Origin: an uncultured bacterium
GTDB lineage: Bacteria; Oederibacteriota; PGYV01; CAWJRG01
Assembly: GCA_963845185.1 (NCBI GenBank)
Contig: CAWJRG010000005.1
Span: 512,001 to 576,000 of the forward strand
Direction of reading: 5' to 3'
Length of the DNA stretch: 64,000 nt
Positions 30,426-40,409 of this stretch are shown here, piece after piece (positions within the stretch are counted from its first letter, which is position 1; each line of letters begins with the position of its first letter). Position numbers and translations under genes: made by a program. Below the pieces are notes generated by a model. That model had not been told where the DNA came from, searched no databases, and worked only from the letters and a program-made list of their open reading frames with translations.

Positions 30426-31366
30426 TACTTGCAGTAAATATAAATTCCACCCTTGATGTAGTTGTCCCAATAAACAAATTCAAACACGGCGCAGTCCTGC
30501 GCACAAAAAGTATTAATTCATATCCCGGCGGTAAAGCTACAAATGTTGCGCGCGCGCTTGCTGCTCTTGGCGCGGATGTAATTGCAACAGGTTTTACATC
30601 ATATAATGAAACTGGCTTTATGCGCGGTTTTTTGAAAAAGCACAGAGTGGAAAGCGATTTTGTTTCTGTTTCTGGTTCAAACCGCATATGTCTGCTTATC
30701 ACCGAACAAGAAACAAACACGGAAACAATAATAAACAGCGAATCAAATTTTAATATTACCGAAAAGGATATCTCCGTTTTCTTAAAAAAAATAAAAGATT
30801 TGTCAAAGAAAGCCTCTTTTGTCATTTTGTCAGGCAGTTTACCTTTATCTTTGCCTAAAAATTTTTATCAAACAGTCATAAAAGTCTTAGGAAAAAATTC
30901 AAAAATACTGCTTGATACCTCCTCGGAATATCTTTTCCACGGTATCAAGGCGTCACCTTATATAATAAAGCAAAACATTCACGAGCTCGAAAGTGCGTTT
31001 AAAATCAATTTTGGTGCGGACTTTCATTCCTCTGCTGCAAAAAATAGAATAAAAAATTTCATGACTGAATTGTCAAAAAAATATTCTGTCCCTACAATAA
31101 TAGTCACGCTCGACAAAAATGGCTCTTTCATGTTTAACAGGGGCACTTTTGTTTATTGTACAGCAGTTAAGGTTAAGAAAACTATATCCCCTGTCGGCTG
31201 CGGCGATGCTTTTTCCGCAGGCCTTGTGTATGGTTTGTCAAAACCCTGGCCTGTGTCAAAAACAATGAGGCTTGCGGCCTGCTGCGCAGCCGCAAACTTA
31301 TCCTATTTAGGTTCGTGTTTTTTCAAAAAAAAAGACGTACAATTACTTTTTAAGGGGGCAATATGA
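30422..31366 (+). CDS. 1-phosphofructokinase-family (PfkB) sugar kinase
   Basis: PGGKATNVA, SGSLP, VGCGDAFSAG. Confidence 0.88.
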   Translation: MILAVNINSTLDVVVPINKFKHGAVLRTKSINSYPGGKATNVARALAALGADVIATGFTSYNETGFMRGFLKKHRVESDFVSVSGSNRICLLITEQETNTETIINSESNFNITEKDISVFLKKIKDLSKKASFVILSGSLPLSLPKNFYQTVIKVLGKNSKILLDTSSEYLFHGIKASPYIIKQNIHELESAFKINFGADFHSSAAKNRIKNFMTELSKKYSVPTIIVTLDKNGSFMFNRGTFVYCTAVKVKKTISPVGCGDAFSAGLVYGLSKPWPVSKTMRLAACCAAANLSYLGSCFFKKKDVQLLFKGAI

Positions 31367-32832
31367 AGAGATTAGCAGGCAAAATAGTATTTGTATTTTT
31401 ATTTTTGGCGTTTATTTTTAACATCGCGTTCGCCGTACCTCCGGCTCAATCCGTCACTGTTTTAAAAAAGGTTTTAAATCCCGAACACTGGAGAAGCCAG
31501 GCGCTGGATAATATAATTCCTTTTTGGACGCAGACAATTGACAAAGACAGCGGCGGTTTTTTCACAGACATTAACGAAAACGGTTCTGTCTGGGGCTCTG
31601 GCAACAAATATCCTCGCATGATATCCCGCCTTGTCTTCGGGTTTTGTGCTGCCTATATGCTGTCCGGCGATGGTAAATATCTGGACTTTGCGGCGCACGG
31701 CATGGATTACCTGAAAAATTTCGGCTGGGATAAAAATTACGGCGGATGGTACACCTCCACTGATGAAAACAACGAACCTGATACAACCGAAAAAAATTTA
31801 TTCGATGAGACTTACTGCAACCTTGGCCCGGTGCTTTATTATTTTGTAACTGGCAATAAAGATGCCCTGTCTTATGTGCAAAAAACTCATGAATTAATGC
31901 AAACCAAGGCATGGGATAAGGAATATTCCGGTTATTTTGCACGGGTTGGTGAGCGATGGGAAGACATAACTTCCAACAAATCATTTAACGCCGAAATCGA
32001 TACCTGCACTGCATATTTGATTTATTATTATATGGCTACAAAAAATCCTGATTTGCTGCGGGATTTAAAAAACATTGCCGATGTTGCAGTCAGGCACATG
32101 GTAGACCCCAATACCGGATTTGTCGGTGAAACATTCAGCAAGGACTGGGTTTCTCGCGAGACACGGCTTTGGGCCGGGCACAATCTAAAAACCGGCTGGG
32201 TCATGATGCGCATGTATTACCTGACAGGCGATAAAAAGTACCTTGAGGCAGCTAAAAAAATCGCCGCTGCACAGGTAAAATATACATGGGATGCTGAATA
32301 TGGCGGATGGTTTTTTCAATTTTCAAGCAAAGATCCCGCATCGGTTAATGACGTGAAAGACTGGTGGACGCAGGAAGAAGGAAATAATCTTATGCTTAAT
32401 CTTTTTCATTACAGTAAAGATAAAAGTTATCTCAATAAATTCCAAAAAAGCGCGTCTTTCTGGGACAATAATTTTATAGACAAGAAATACGGGGAATGCT
32501 TCAGCACGTTATCCAGGGATGGCTCTCCCACAAACCGGACAAAGGGAAACCTTTTTAAATCTGCGTATCACACCATGGAGCATGCTCTGTTTAATTACCT
32601 TTATCTAAGCCTTTATGTGAATAAATCCGAGGCAACGCTTTATTATTGCCTGAACACAGATACCGCAGGCGAGAAGCATTACGTGAATTTATTGGAAGAC
32701 CCTGCTGTATTTATCAAAAACGTTGAAATAGACGGGAAAGAATGGAAAGACTTTGACGCAAACCTGGGATATATTACATTACCGCAGGGAAAAAACATGA
32801 AAGTAAAAGTTGTATTTGGAATAAAACTTTAA
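31363..32832 (+). CDS. AGE-family (N-acylglucosamine/cellobiose 2-epimerase-like) protein with signal peptide
   Basis: IPFW...DKDSGGF, repeated WDKxYGGW, GHNLK, WWTQEE, YH; N-terminal AFA cleavage site. Confidence 0.82.
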   Translation: MKRLAGKIVFVFLFLAFIFNIAFAVPPAQSVTVLKKVLNPEHWRSQALDNIIPFWTQTIDKDSGGFFTDINENGSVWGSGNKYPRMISRLVFGFCAAYMLSGDGKYLDFAAHGMDYLKNFGWDKNYGGWYTSTDENNEPDTTEKNLFDETYCNLGPVLYYFVTGNKDALSYVQKTHELMQTKAWDKEYSGYFARVGERWEDITSNKSFNAEIDTCTAYLIYYYMATKNPDLLRDLKNIADVAVRHMVDPNTGFVGETFSKDWVSRETRLWAGHNLKTGWVMMRMYYLTGDKKYLEAAKKIAAAQVKYTWDAEYGGWFFQFSSKDPASVNDVKDWWTQEEGNNLMLNLFHYSKDKSYLNKFQKSASFWDNNFIDKKYGECFSTLSRDGSPTNRTKGNLFKSAYHTMEHALFNYLYLSLYVNKSEATLYYCLNTDTAGEKHYVNLLEDPAVFIKNVEIDGKEWKDFDANLGYITLPQGKNMKVKVVFGIKL

Positions 32833-32882
32833 AAGTGAAAGGCTTTTATTCGTCGTTTAGTAACTATTTTGGTTTTTGCCTC

Positions 32883-33879
32883 CTATTGCGACCACCAGAC
32901 ATTGTTCAAACGGCTGCCGCTAAACCCGCCTATCACCCATAAAGCATTGTTATAAATTAAACTTGTATGATAGGCCCTTTCGCCAAACCCGGCTGCCGCG
33001 GTTAATTGTGTCCATTTCACGCCGTCGCTTGACCGCCATACGTCGCCAAAATAATTTGTACCGTTCAAACCTGCTATCACCCACATTTCGTTGTTATATA
33101 TAAAGCTTGTGTGGTAAGCCCTGGCGCTGAATCCGGCTACTGCTGTTGCCTGCGCCCATGACATCCCGTCGCTTGAGTTCCAGAATATCATTATAATATG
33201 TAACTCCGTTAAAACCTGCTATTACCCATATCATATTATTAAAAGCCACGCTTGCATGCCCGTACCGCTGGCTGAATCCGGCTGTTCCTGTAACCTCAGT
33301 CCATGAAACACCATTACTCGATTCCCATGCATCGTTATAACAGGAATTGCCGTCATACCCGCCTATTACCCACATTGCGTTGTTGTACACTGTGCTCGTA
33401 TGCAGATACCTCCCGCCAAAACCTGCAGTTCCGGTCACCTGCATCCACGAAGCTCCGTCGCTTGAATTCCATACATCGCTCATAGGGCCGCTGCTGCCGC
33501 TGTATCCGCCTATCACCCACATACTGTTGTTAAATACTGCGCTTGAAAGGTTATACCTTGCGCTGAATCCAGCTGTCGCGCAAACCTGCAACCATGCAGC
33601 CCCGTCGCTTGAGCTCCATACATCATTCAATAACCCTCCGGTATAATCACCGGCTATGATCCACATCTTGTTGTTATATGCTACGCTTGTGTGCCCGTAC
33701 CTGGCTGAGAATCCGGCTGACATAGTAGCGTCTGTCCAAAAAGCACCGGCGTTTGATGCCATAGGCGTACTTGTTGCTGCCGGTGATGGTGGTACCGTTG
33801 GATTCACTGTTTTTTTGCATGCCTGGAATGTTAATGCCATAAAAATAATAAAAAGAATAATCCCTGTCGTTTTCTTCAT
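32883..33879 (-). pseudogene. Kelch-like beta-propeller lipoprotein split by a +1 frameshift near 33184
   Basis: Lipobox FQAC; GFSARxxH..xNNxMWVIGG..NDVWxSSDG repeats continue across two ORFs; GAT ATT C TGG where GAT ATC TGG is expected. Confidence 0.8.
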
Positions 33880-33909
33880 ATTGAAATACCTCTGTTTTTT
33901 AAATATTTC

Positions 33910-33937
33910 ATTCCGTATTCCGAATCCAGAATCTTGA
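33910..33937. repeat. Degenerate heptamer tandem repeat
   Basis: attccgt attccga atccaga atcttga. Confidence 0.6.
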
Positions 33938-33939
33938 AT

Positions 33940-34830
33940 TCATTCAAAATACGGCTCCACATGCACGAGCACATTACAGTCGCCGTACATCGCCTGAAAT
34001 TTTTTCTCTATCTCCTTGGTTAATGCGTGAGCCCTTTTCACAGTAAGATTCTTGTCGACTTTTATGTGCATATCTATAAATATCGTGGATCCGCTCTGCC
34101 TTGTCCTTATTTTATGGTAATCCTTTATTTCCTTGAACTTATCGAGTTCCTTTTTTATTCTGCGCATTTCATTCTCGTCAAGTCCCTTGTCCACTAGCTG
34201 GCCCATAAGCTTTATGGATAGCATGGTAAAAATTATAAGAACCCACACGCCTAAAAGAATGGCAGCAATAGGGTCTATCCACCATATCCCTGTTAATTTG
34301 AGGGCGATAAGGGCGCCTGCTACGCCTAATGATGTTATTACATCCGCCAGATGGTTTTGCCCGTCCACCTCTATACCCAGGGAGCGGAGTTCTTTGCCTT
34401 TTTTGATAAGGTACACTGATAAAAGCCAGTTCAGTACTCCAGCAAAAGCCATTATTGCTATGCCTGCTGTAATGAGTTTGGGATGAGTCCTGTCAATAAA
34501 TTTTTTAACCCCTTCATAAATAATGGCAACGCCGACTACAAATATAAGGATGCTTTCAATCGTGCCTGTTATTATCTCGACTTTTCCATGGCCGTATTGG
34601 TGATCCTTGTCAGGCGGCTGCAAGGCTGTCCTCACCCCAAAATACGCAATTATCGAAGCAAGAAGGTCATCTATTGAATGAAGCGCTTCCGCGATGATGC
34701 TCACCAGCCCTGTTATTATCCCTACTGCCAGTTTCAATATAACAAGGCTTAAGTTTGAAATCACGGAAAACATCATGGCCGTGCTTCTTTCTTTTTGCCT
34801 TTTCTCTTCTTTTGCTTCTATTTCAGACAT
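33940..34830 (-). CDS. Cation diffusion facilitator transporter (FieF-like)
   Basis: AEALHSIDD, HQYGHGKVE, HLAD, dimerisation domain ending VHVEP. Confidence 0.92.
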   Translation of the reverse strand: MSEIEAKEEKRQKERSTAMMFSVISNLSLVILKLAVGIITGLVSIIAEALHSIDDLLASIIAYFGVRTALQPPDKDHQYGHGKVEIITGTIESILIFVVGVAIIYEGVKKFIDRTHPKLITAGIAIMAFAGVLNWLLSVYLIKKGKELRSLGIEVDGQNHLADVITSLGVAGALIALKLTGIWWIDPIAAILLGVWVLIIFTMLSIKLMGQLVDKGLDENEMRRIKKELDKFKEIKDYHKIRTRQSGSTIFIDMHIKVDKNLTVKRAHALTKEIEKKFQAMYGDCNVLVHVEPYFE

Positions 34831-36213
34831 TTATCTTTTTCCCACCTTTATGGTAAGTGTGTTGTTTTTCCCCTTTACGACCGTGACAGGCTTGGCGTTA
34901 TCTTTTACAATCGTTGCCTCGATTGTGATGATGTAAGCGCCCAGGGAAAGTTTATCAAATACAAAATGCCCGTTACCGTCAGCAATTGTGCTTGTTATAG
35001 TATTTGTTTTGCTGTTTATGGCTTTGACCAAGGCATTTTTATAAGGGTCATTGCCGAGAAAGACATCTCCTTCGAGCCTGGATGTTTCGAGGACTTTTAC
35101 AGGTTTGGCTTTATGCTTGCTGGATTTTTTCTTTGGCGTTGCCGTAGCTGTGACAGTCGGTGTCGCTGCGATTATTGTGGTCGCTGCGGCTGTAGTTGTA
35201 ATAACAGGCGTGGATGTGTGCTCTTCTTCTGGCGCCAGTACAAGCGTAGGTGTTATAACAACCTGCCTTTGTTTCTTTCCGATTTCGAGATTAAAAGGCC
35301 AACCCGCAACATCAATATCGTAAATTACCTTATTCATGCTCGGGTCAATTACAGACACTTTTCCTTTTTCTTCATCCGCTATATATCCGCAAATAAAAAT
35401 CTTGTCGCCTGCCGGTACCTTACCATAAACGCAGTCATACATCACGTAATTATTGTCTATATTTGCCGTTTTTGAAAGCGATTCCACGTCATAAACTTCC
35501 ACCGCATCCATTACCGTAACATAAATACTGTCGTTGTAAAACGCTATCCCCCTGGGTGTCTTTGAAGTTTTAATAGTGCTTTTTAAAAGGCCTGTTTTGA
35601 CATTTATCACAGATATTGTATCATCTCCCGAATTCGTAACGTAAAGGGAATCACCATTTATTGCCATTCCCCACGGCCTGTCGCCCACCGGTATGGTGTC
35701 CAGTACTTTTTTATTCACAAGCGACACTATGGCAACTGATGCCTTGTCCCAGAGTGCAACAAATGCTTTTCCGTTTTCTTCAGAGAGTACTATTGCCCTC
35801 GGGCTTCCGCCAACATCGAGCGGCTCGCCGTCAATTTTAAAATCAGGCAAACTTATGAACGATATATTATTGGATTTGCTGTTGCTGACTATTATGCCGC
35901 TGTTGTCGTTTTTAATGGCAAGCTGTACTGGCGAATAACCGACATTGACAAAATCTTTTGCTACTGAGAAATCCGATGTTTTCATTCTGTAAATCGAGTT
36001 GTTGTCGGAACTGGCAAAATAAAGGTATTTTCCATCCGGCGATAATTTCATGCCCTTGATATTTGCGTTGCCTGTTACCTCGGTTACTATGGTGTTGTTT
36101 GCCGTATCCATGATTGAAATTTTGTTAAACTGGTTGTGTGAAATAAAAAGGTATGGCGACGAAAACAAAAACGCAGGCAATGATAAAAACAGCAGAATAA
36201 TAAGCTTTTTCAT
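34831..36213 (-). CDS. Exported YVTN beta-propeller protein with Thr-rich linker and carboxypeptidase-regulatory-like domain
   Basis: Signal MKKLIILLFL; LYVTNSGDDTISVI; ADGNGHFVF. Confidence 0.8.
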   Translation of the reverse strand: MKKLIILLFLSLPAFLFSSPYLFISHNQFNKISIMDTANNTIVTEVTGNANIKGMKLSPDGKYLYFASSDNNSIYRMKTSDFSVAKDFVNVGYSPVQLAIKNDNSGIIVSNSKSNNISFISLPDFKIDGEPLDVGGSPRAIVLSEENGKAFVALWDKASVAIVSLVNKKVLDTIPVGDRPWGMAINGDSLYVTNSGDDTISVINVKTGLLKSTIKTSKTPRGIAFYNDSIYVTVMDAVEVYDVESLSKTANIDNNYVMYDCVYGKVPAGDKIFICGYIADEEKGKVSVIDPSMNKVIYDIDVAGWPFNLEIGKKQRQVVITPTLVLAPEEEHTSTPVITTTAAATTIIAATPTVTATATPKKKSSKHKAKPVKVLETSRLEGDVFLGNDPYKNALVKAINSKTNTITSTIADGNGHFVFDKLSLGAYIITIEATIVKDNAKPVTVVKGKNNTLTIKVGKR

Positions 36214-36311
36214 TTGTTTCCTCCTTAGATTTCGTTTGCTTTGCCAAGCTGTCAACAGGTAATATCAATTTACAACATTGCTTTGTATTTTGCAATTTAA
36301 ATCACTTCTGA

Positions 36312-36788
36312 TTAAAAGTCTTTTATTAGTTCTTCAAAATTTTCTTCTGTATAAATTTTTATGCCTTCTCTCAGCAGCATTGCTGCCAAAACGCCGTTGC
36401 CGTCTTTTAACTTTCTTGAAAAAGTCCCGTCGTAAATTTTCCCGTAGCCGCATGAACCGCCTTTGGTTTTTAGGATGACAGCTGTGGCGTTCATTCTCTT
36501 GACAGTTTTTACGATAATCTTGGCCCCGAATATGAATTTTTCAGTCACATCATTTCCGTCCTCGTCTTTTACAATGGCCTTGCCGTCAAGCACATCCTCA
36601 CCTGTGCCTCCTACAATTTCCGCGGGTTTTCTCGGCACCCCCAGACCGCCCAGCGTTTCAGGGCAAAGCGGTATTGCCTTTTTCTGCCCAACAAGTTTTT
36701 GTATAGCATTTATCAGTTTATTCTTTCCGTCATACCTTGTATTTACTCCTGCCAGACATGCGCTTACTATAATTATTGTTTTTTTCAT
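36312..36788 (-). CDS. DUF523 family protein
   Basis: VSACLAG..RYDG, CPE..GGLGVPR, SCG...YDGTF, GNGV. Confidence 0.9.
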   Translation of the reverse strand: MKKTIIIVSACLAGVNTRYDGKNKLINAIQKLVGQKKAIPLCPETLGGLGVPRKPAEIVGGTGEDVLDGKAIVKDEDGNDVTEKFIFGAKIIVKTVKRMNATAVILKTKGGSCGYGKIYDGTFSRKLKDGNGVLAAMLLREGIKIYTEENFEELIKDF

Positions 36789-36799
36789 TTATTTTGCCT

Positions 36800-36834
36800 T
36801 TCACGCCTCCCGCTTCCCGTTCCACATCTCACGT
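36800..36834. repeat. Degenerate heptamer tandem repeat
   Basis: ttcacgc ctcccgc ttcccgt tccacat ctcacgt. Confidence 0.6.
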
Positions 36835-36840
36835 TATTAT

Positions 36841-38511
36841 TCATTCTTTATATTTATTCGTTATAGGTATTCGCCTGTCCCTACCGAATGCTTTCGGCGT
36901 TATTTTTATCCCGGGTGCCGCCTGCCTTCTCTTGTATTCGTTTATATCTATCATTCTTATGACCTTCTTCAGGGTTTCCCCGTCATATTTATTTTTAAGT
37001 TCGCTGTAGGTCTTGTCTTTTTCTATATAATCCTCTATTATCCTGTCGAGAAGCGAGTATTCGGGCAGGGTATCCTGGTCTTTCTGGTTTTCCTTTAGTT
37101 CAGCCGTAGGCGCTTTTCTTAATATATTTTCCGGGATTAAATCATATCCCGCCTTTTTATTCCTCCATTGCGCAAGTTTATATACAAGGGTCTTAGGAAC
37201 ATCCTTTATGACGGCAAACCCGCCTGCCATGTCGCCGTAAAGCGTGGCATAACCTGTGCTCATTTCGCTTTTATTTCCAGTGGTCAAAACAAGCCACTGG
37301 AACTTGTTTGAAAAAGCCATTACTATATTTCCCCTGATGCGTGCCTGCAGGTTTTCTTCCGTGCTGTCAAAAGGCAGATTATTAAAAAACGGCTCGAAAA
37401 GTTTCAGGTAAATTTCAAATATTCCCTGGATGCCTATTACTTTTAACCCGATTTTCAAATTTGCGCTGAGTTTTTCCGCGTCGCTGTATGATTCCTGTGA
37501 TGAAAATTTCGACGGCATGAATATCACGTTTACGTTTTCCTTGCCGAGCGCGTCCGCGGCTATGCACGATACAAGCGCCGAGTCCACGCCGCCGCTCAGC
37601 GCAACAACGACTTTTTTAAACCCGTTTTTCTCCACATAATCCTTCACGCCAAGTATCAGCGCGTTGTAAATTTCCTCAGGCTCTTCCATGGGTGAAAATT
37701 TGCCCGTCGCTGTTTTTTTGTTTTTTCCCTTTATTTTATATGGTATTTTCTTTATATTTCCCGCTTGGTTTCGCCTGTTTTTTACCTGCCTGTCGAATAA
37801 CACGCGGTCTTCGGAAAACTGTTTTCCCTGGACTATTAATTTGCCTTTCTTGTCCATTGCAATGCTGTGCCCGTCAAATACAAGCTCGTCCTGTCCACCT
37901 ATCAGATTTACATATATTATCTCGGCTTTGTATTCCCTTGCCCTTATTTTTAAATTATCGTACCGTTCTTTCCACCTGCCTGCATGATAGGGTGATGCAT
38001 TCAGGTTCAGGAGAAAATCGATCCTGCCGGACATTTTCATCAAGATTTCGTCGCGCACCCAAATCTCTTCGCATATTGATACCCCAAAATTTACGCCGTC
38101 CACGCTGAAAATTTTACAATCATTCCCTTTTGTAAAATATCTTTTTTCGTCAAAAACGCCGTAATTCGGCAGGTTTATTTTATCGTATACTCCGGTTATT
38201 TTTCCCTTGCATATCACCGCTGCCGAATTATATATTTTATTTTTTTCTTTCCTTACAAAACCTGTTACCGTGATTATGTCGCCTGTATTTGCAGTAATTC
38301 GGTCAAGAGCATCCATATTGCTGTCTACAAACTTTTTCTTCAGCAGCAAATCCTCTGGTGGGTATCCGGTCGTCGCAAGCTCGGGGAATATGACTATATC
38401 CGCGCCTTTTTTTTCCGCTGCTTTTATTTCCATGATGACCTTTTCAGTATTGCCCTTGATATCCCCTACTGTGGTATTTATCTGTGCTAGGCAGAAACGG
38501 ATTGTTTTCAT
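36841..38511 (-). CDS. nadE: Glutamine-dependent NAD+ synthase
   Basis: Nitrilase domain (FPEL..TGYPPED, ICEE) plus SGGVDS, ENLQARIRG, TGNKSE. Confidence 0.96.
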   Translation of the reverse strand: MKTIRFCLAQINTTVGDIKGNTEKVIMEIKAAEKKGADIVIFPELATTGYPPEDLLLKKKFVDSNMDALDRITANTGDIITVTGFVRKEKNKIYNSAAVICKGKITGVYDKINLPNYGVFDEKRYFTKGNDCKIFSVDGVNFGVSICEEIWVRDEILMKMSGRIDFLLNLNASPYHAGRWKERYDNLKIRAREYKAEIIYVNLIGGQDELVFDGHSIAMDKKGKLIVQGKQFSEDRVLFDRQVKNRRNQAGNIKKIPYKIKGKNKKTATGKFSPMEEPEEIYNALILGVKDYVEKNGFKKVVVALSGGVDSALVSCIAADALGKENVNVIFMPSKFSSQESYSDAEKLSANLKIGLKVIGIQGIFEIYLKLFEPFFNNLPFDSTEENLQARIRGNIVMAFSNKFQWLVLTTGNKSEMSTGYATLYGDMAGGFAVIKDVPKTLVYKLAQWRNKKAGYDLIPENILRKAPTAELKENQKDQDTLPEYSLLDRIIEDYIEKDKTYSELKNKYDGETLKKVIRMIDINEYKRRQAAPGIKITPKAFGRDRRIPITNKYKE

Positions 38512-38512
38512 T

Positions 38513-40039
38513 TTATTTTTTCTCGTTTATCAGTCTTCTTATCTCTCTTTTTATTACCTTGCCCGTGCCTGTTTTCGGCAATTCCGGCCAGAACTCAAAC
38601 CTGTGCGGCACCTTGAAATTCGCCAGGTGCGGCCTGCAAAACATTTTTAACTCTATCTCCGTGGCAATCATGCCGTCCCTTAGCTTGACGACACACACCG
38701 GCACTTCCCCGTGTACTTCGTCTTTTTTCCCTACCACAGCCGCGTCCTCAATTGCCGGGTGTCTGTACAAAATATCCTCGACTTCCCTGGGATACAGGTT
38801 CATGCCGTTGACAAGGATTAAATCCTTTTTTCTGTCGAGTATATAAAGATAGCCTTGTTCGTCAATCTTTCCTATATCGCCGGTCAGGAGCCACCCGTCA
38901 TTCATCACTTCTTTTGTTTCTTCAGGCCTGTCGTAATAACCTTTCATGACATTTGGCCCGCTTACTGCTATCTCACCTGCCTCATTTGTTTTCAAATCTT
39001 TGCCATCCTCATCAACTATTTTTATTTTTACACCTGGAATTGGCGGGCCCACCGAACCTATTTTTCTTACGCCTTCAAGGGGGTTTACAGAAACCACGGG
39101 AGACGCTTCGGAAAGACCGTAACCTTCCAGAAGTGGTATTCTGAATTTCTCCTCAAAATTTTTCAAAACTTCAGCTGAGAGTGGTGCGGCGCCTGATACG
39201 CATACCCTTATAGGGTTAAACCAGAGCAGTAGTTTTGGTATTCTTTTACCTGATAACACGTTGTATACCGGAGGTATAGCTATAAACACAGTAATCCTTT
39301 TAAACATAATTGCCTTTATTATCTTCCCGAAAGGTTTTACCGACTTGAGGATTACCACCGTGCAGAACATATATAGGGGTATGAGAATACACACTGTAAA
39401 AGCAAACGAGTGGAACATCGGCAGAAACAGGATAAACCTGTCCTTTTCAACGACTTCTATTCTTGTTATTGATGAATCAGCATTGGATATCAGATTTTTG
39501 TGTGTTAGCATGGCGCCTTTAGGATGCCCTGTCGTGCCTGAAGTGTAAATGATTACTGCGGTTTCGTTTTCATCCATATCAGCAGCCGGTTCAATTGTAC
39601 CCAGCTTCATTATATCTTTATATTGAATATATTGCTGTCCGTCCATCCTGTCGGTTGCTATTATATTTTCAAGGCTTGGCGTCGAGTTTTTCTTAAAATC
39701 CTTCATTACTTCCGAGCAATCCGACGAGGTTATTAATATCTTGGCTTTTGCGTCGTTCAAAATATAGACTATTTCTTCAAGGCTTAAAAAATTATTCAGA
39801 GGAATTACTATTGCGCCTGCCCTTATGGCCGCAAAATAGCAAATCACAAATTCTATGCTGTTGCATAAAAAAAGTGCTATTTTGTCTCCCTTTTTTATGC
39901 CAAGCTTCGTAAATCCCGAGCTTAAGCGCTCCATATCTTCCTTAAACTTTTTAAATGTCACTTTTTCTTTTTCAAAAATTAAAAATGCCTTGTTCGGTCG
40001 TTTTTCGCTTGCCCTGTTTACAGCGTCAATTAAAGTCAT
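38513..40039 (-). CDS. fadD: Long-chain fatty acid-CoA ligase
   Basis: YTSGTTGHPKG, EGYGLSE, TGDIG, GKV. Confidence 0.88.
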   Translation of the reverse strand: MTLIDAVNRASEKRPNKAFLIFEKEKVTFKKFKEDMERLSSGFTKLGIKKGDKIALFLCNSIEFVICYFAAIRAGAIVIPLNNFLSLEEIVYILNDAKAKILITSSDCSEVMKDFKKNSTPSLENIIATDRMDGQQYIQYKDIMKLGTIEPAADMDENETAVIIYTSGTTGHPKGAMLTHKNLISNADSSITRIEVVEKDRFILFLPMFHSFAFTVCILIPLYMFCTVVILKSVKPFGKIIKAIMFKRITVFIAIPPVYNVLSGKRIPKLLLWFNPIRVCVSGAAPLSAEVLKNFEEKFRIPLLEGYGLSEASPVVSVNPLEGVRKIGSVGPPIPGVKIKIVDEDGKDLKTNEAGEIAVSGPNVMKGYYDRPEETKEVMNDGWLLTGDIGKIDEQGYLYILDRKKDLILVNGMNLYPREVEDILYRHPAIEDAAVVGKKDEVHGEVPVCVVKLRDGMIATEIELKMFCRPHLANFKVPHRFEFWPELPKTGTGKVIKREIRRLINEKK

Positions 40040-40053
40040 GAACTTCCTCCAAT

Positions 40054-40215
40054 GATATCGTTTGTTTTGTCAAGCTGGATAGCGCAGACAAAACATTACG
40101 ATATCTTGCACCCATTCCAGTCCGGGGCTTTAGCCAGTTAAATAATCCGGTGGATTATTTGACGGGTAGTTTCTCTAAAGTCATTTAATATAAAAACTGC
40201 CCAGACAAGTGGTGC
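40054..40215 (-). ncRNA. Leader motif A copy 1 (upstream of fadD), element B inserted in hairpin 1
   Basis: GCACCACTTGTC..GGACTGGAATGGGTGC AA GATATCGT AA TGTTTTGTC..GACAAAACA A ACGATATC, then GGAGG. Confidence 0.7.
40135..40204. mobile_element. Element B copy 1 (double hairpin, flanked by CAG repeats)
   Basis: Near-identical to 62642-62710. Confidence 0.7.
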
Positions 40216-40243
40216 CATGAAATTGTATTAATAAATGCTATTT

Positions 40244-40272
40244 ATTATCAGATAAAATAATCACGTTGTCAA
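40244..40272 (-). promoter_or_regulatory. sigma70-type promoter ahead of motif A/fadD
   Basis: TTGACA-N17-GATAAT. Confidence 0.65.
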
Positions 40273-40409
40273 GGCAGGTATTTTAAAACCCCTTAAAATC
40301 ATTATAAAACTTTATTATCACCAGGAAACCCATAGCTTCGGTTGAGGTAAAAGCAGCCAAGTCTGCTGTAGGACTGGCAGGAATTTTTTGACTATTACAA
40401 AAAAAGAAT

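Noticed and set aside
40320..40385. GC-richer intergenic patch resembling a riboswitch or IS end
   Set aside because: No convincing stem set or second copy found; it does not match the c-di-GMP riboswitch consensus as I recall it.
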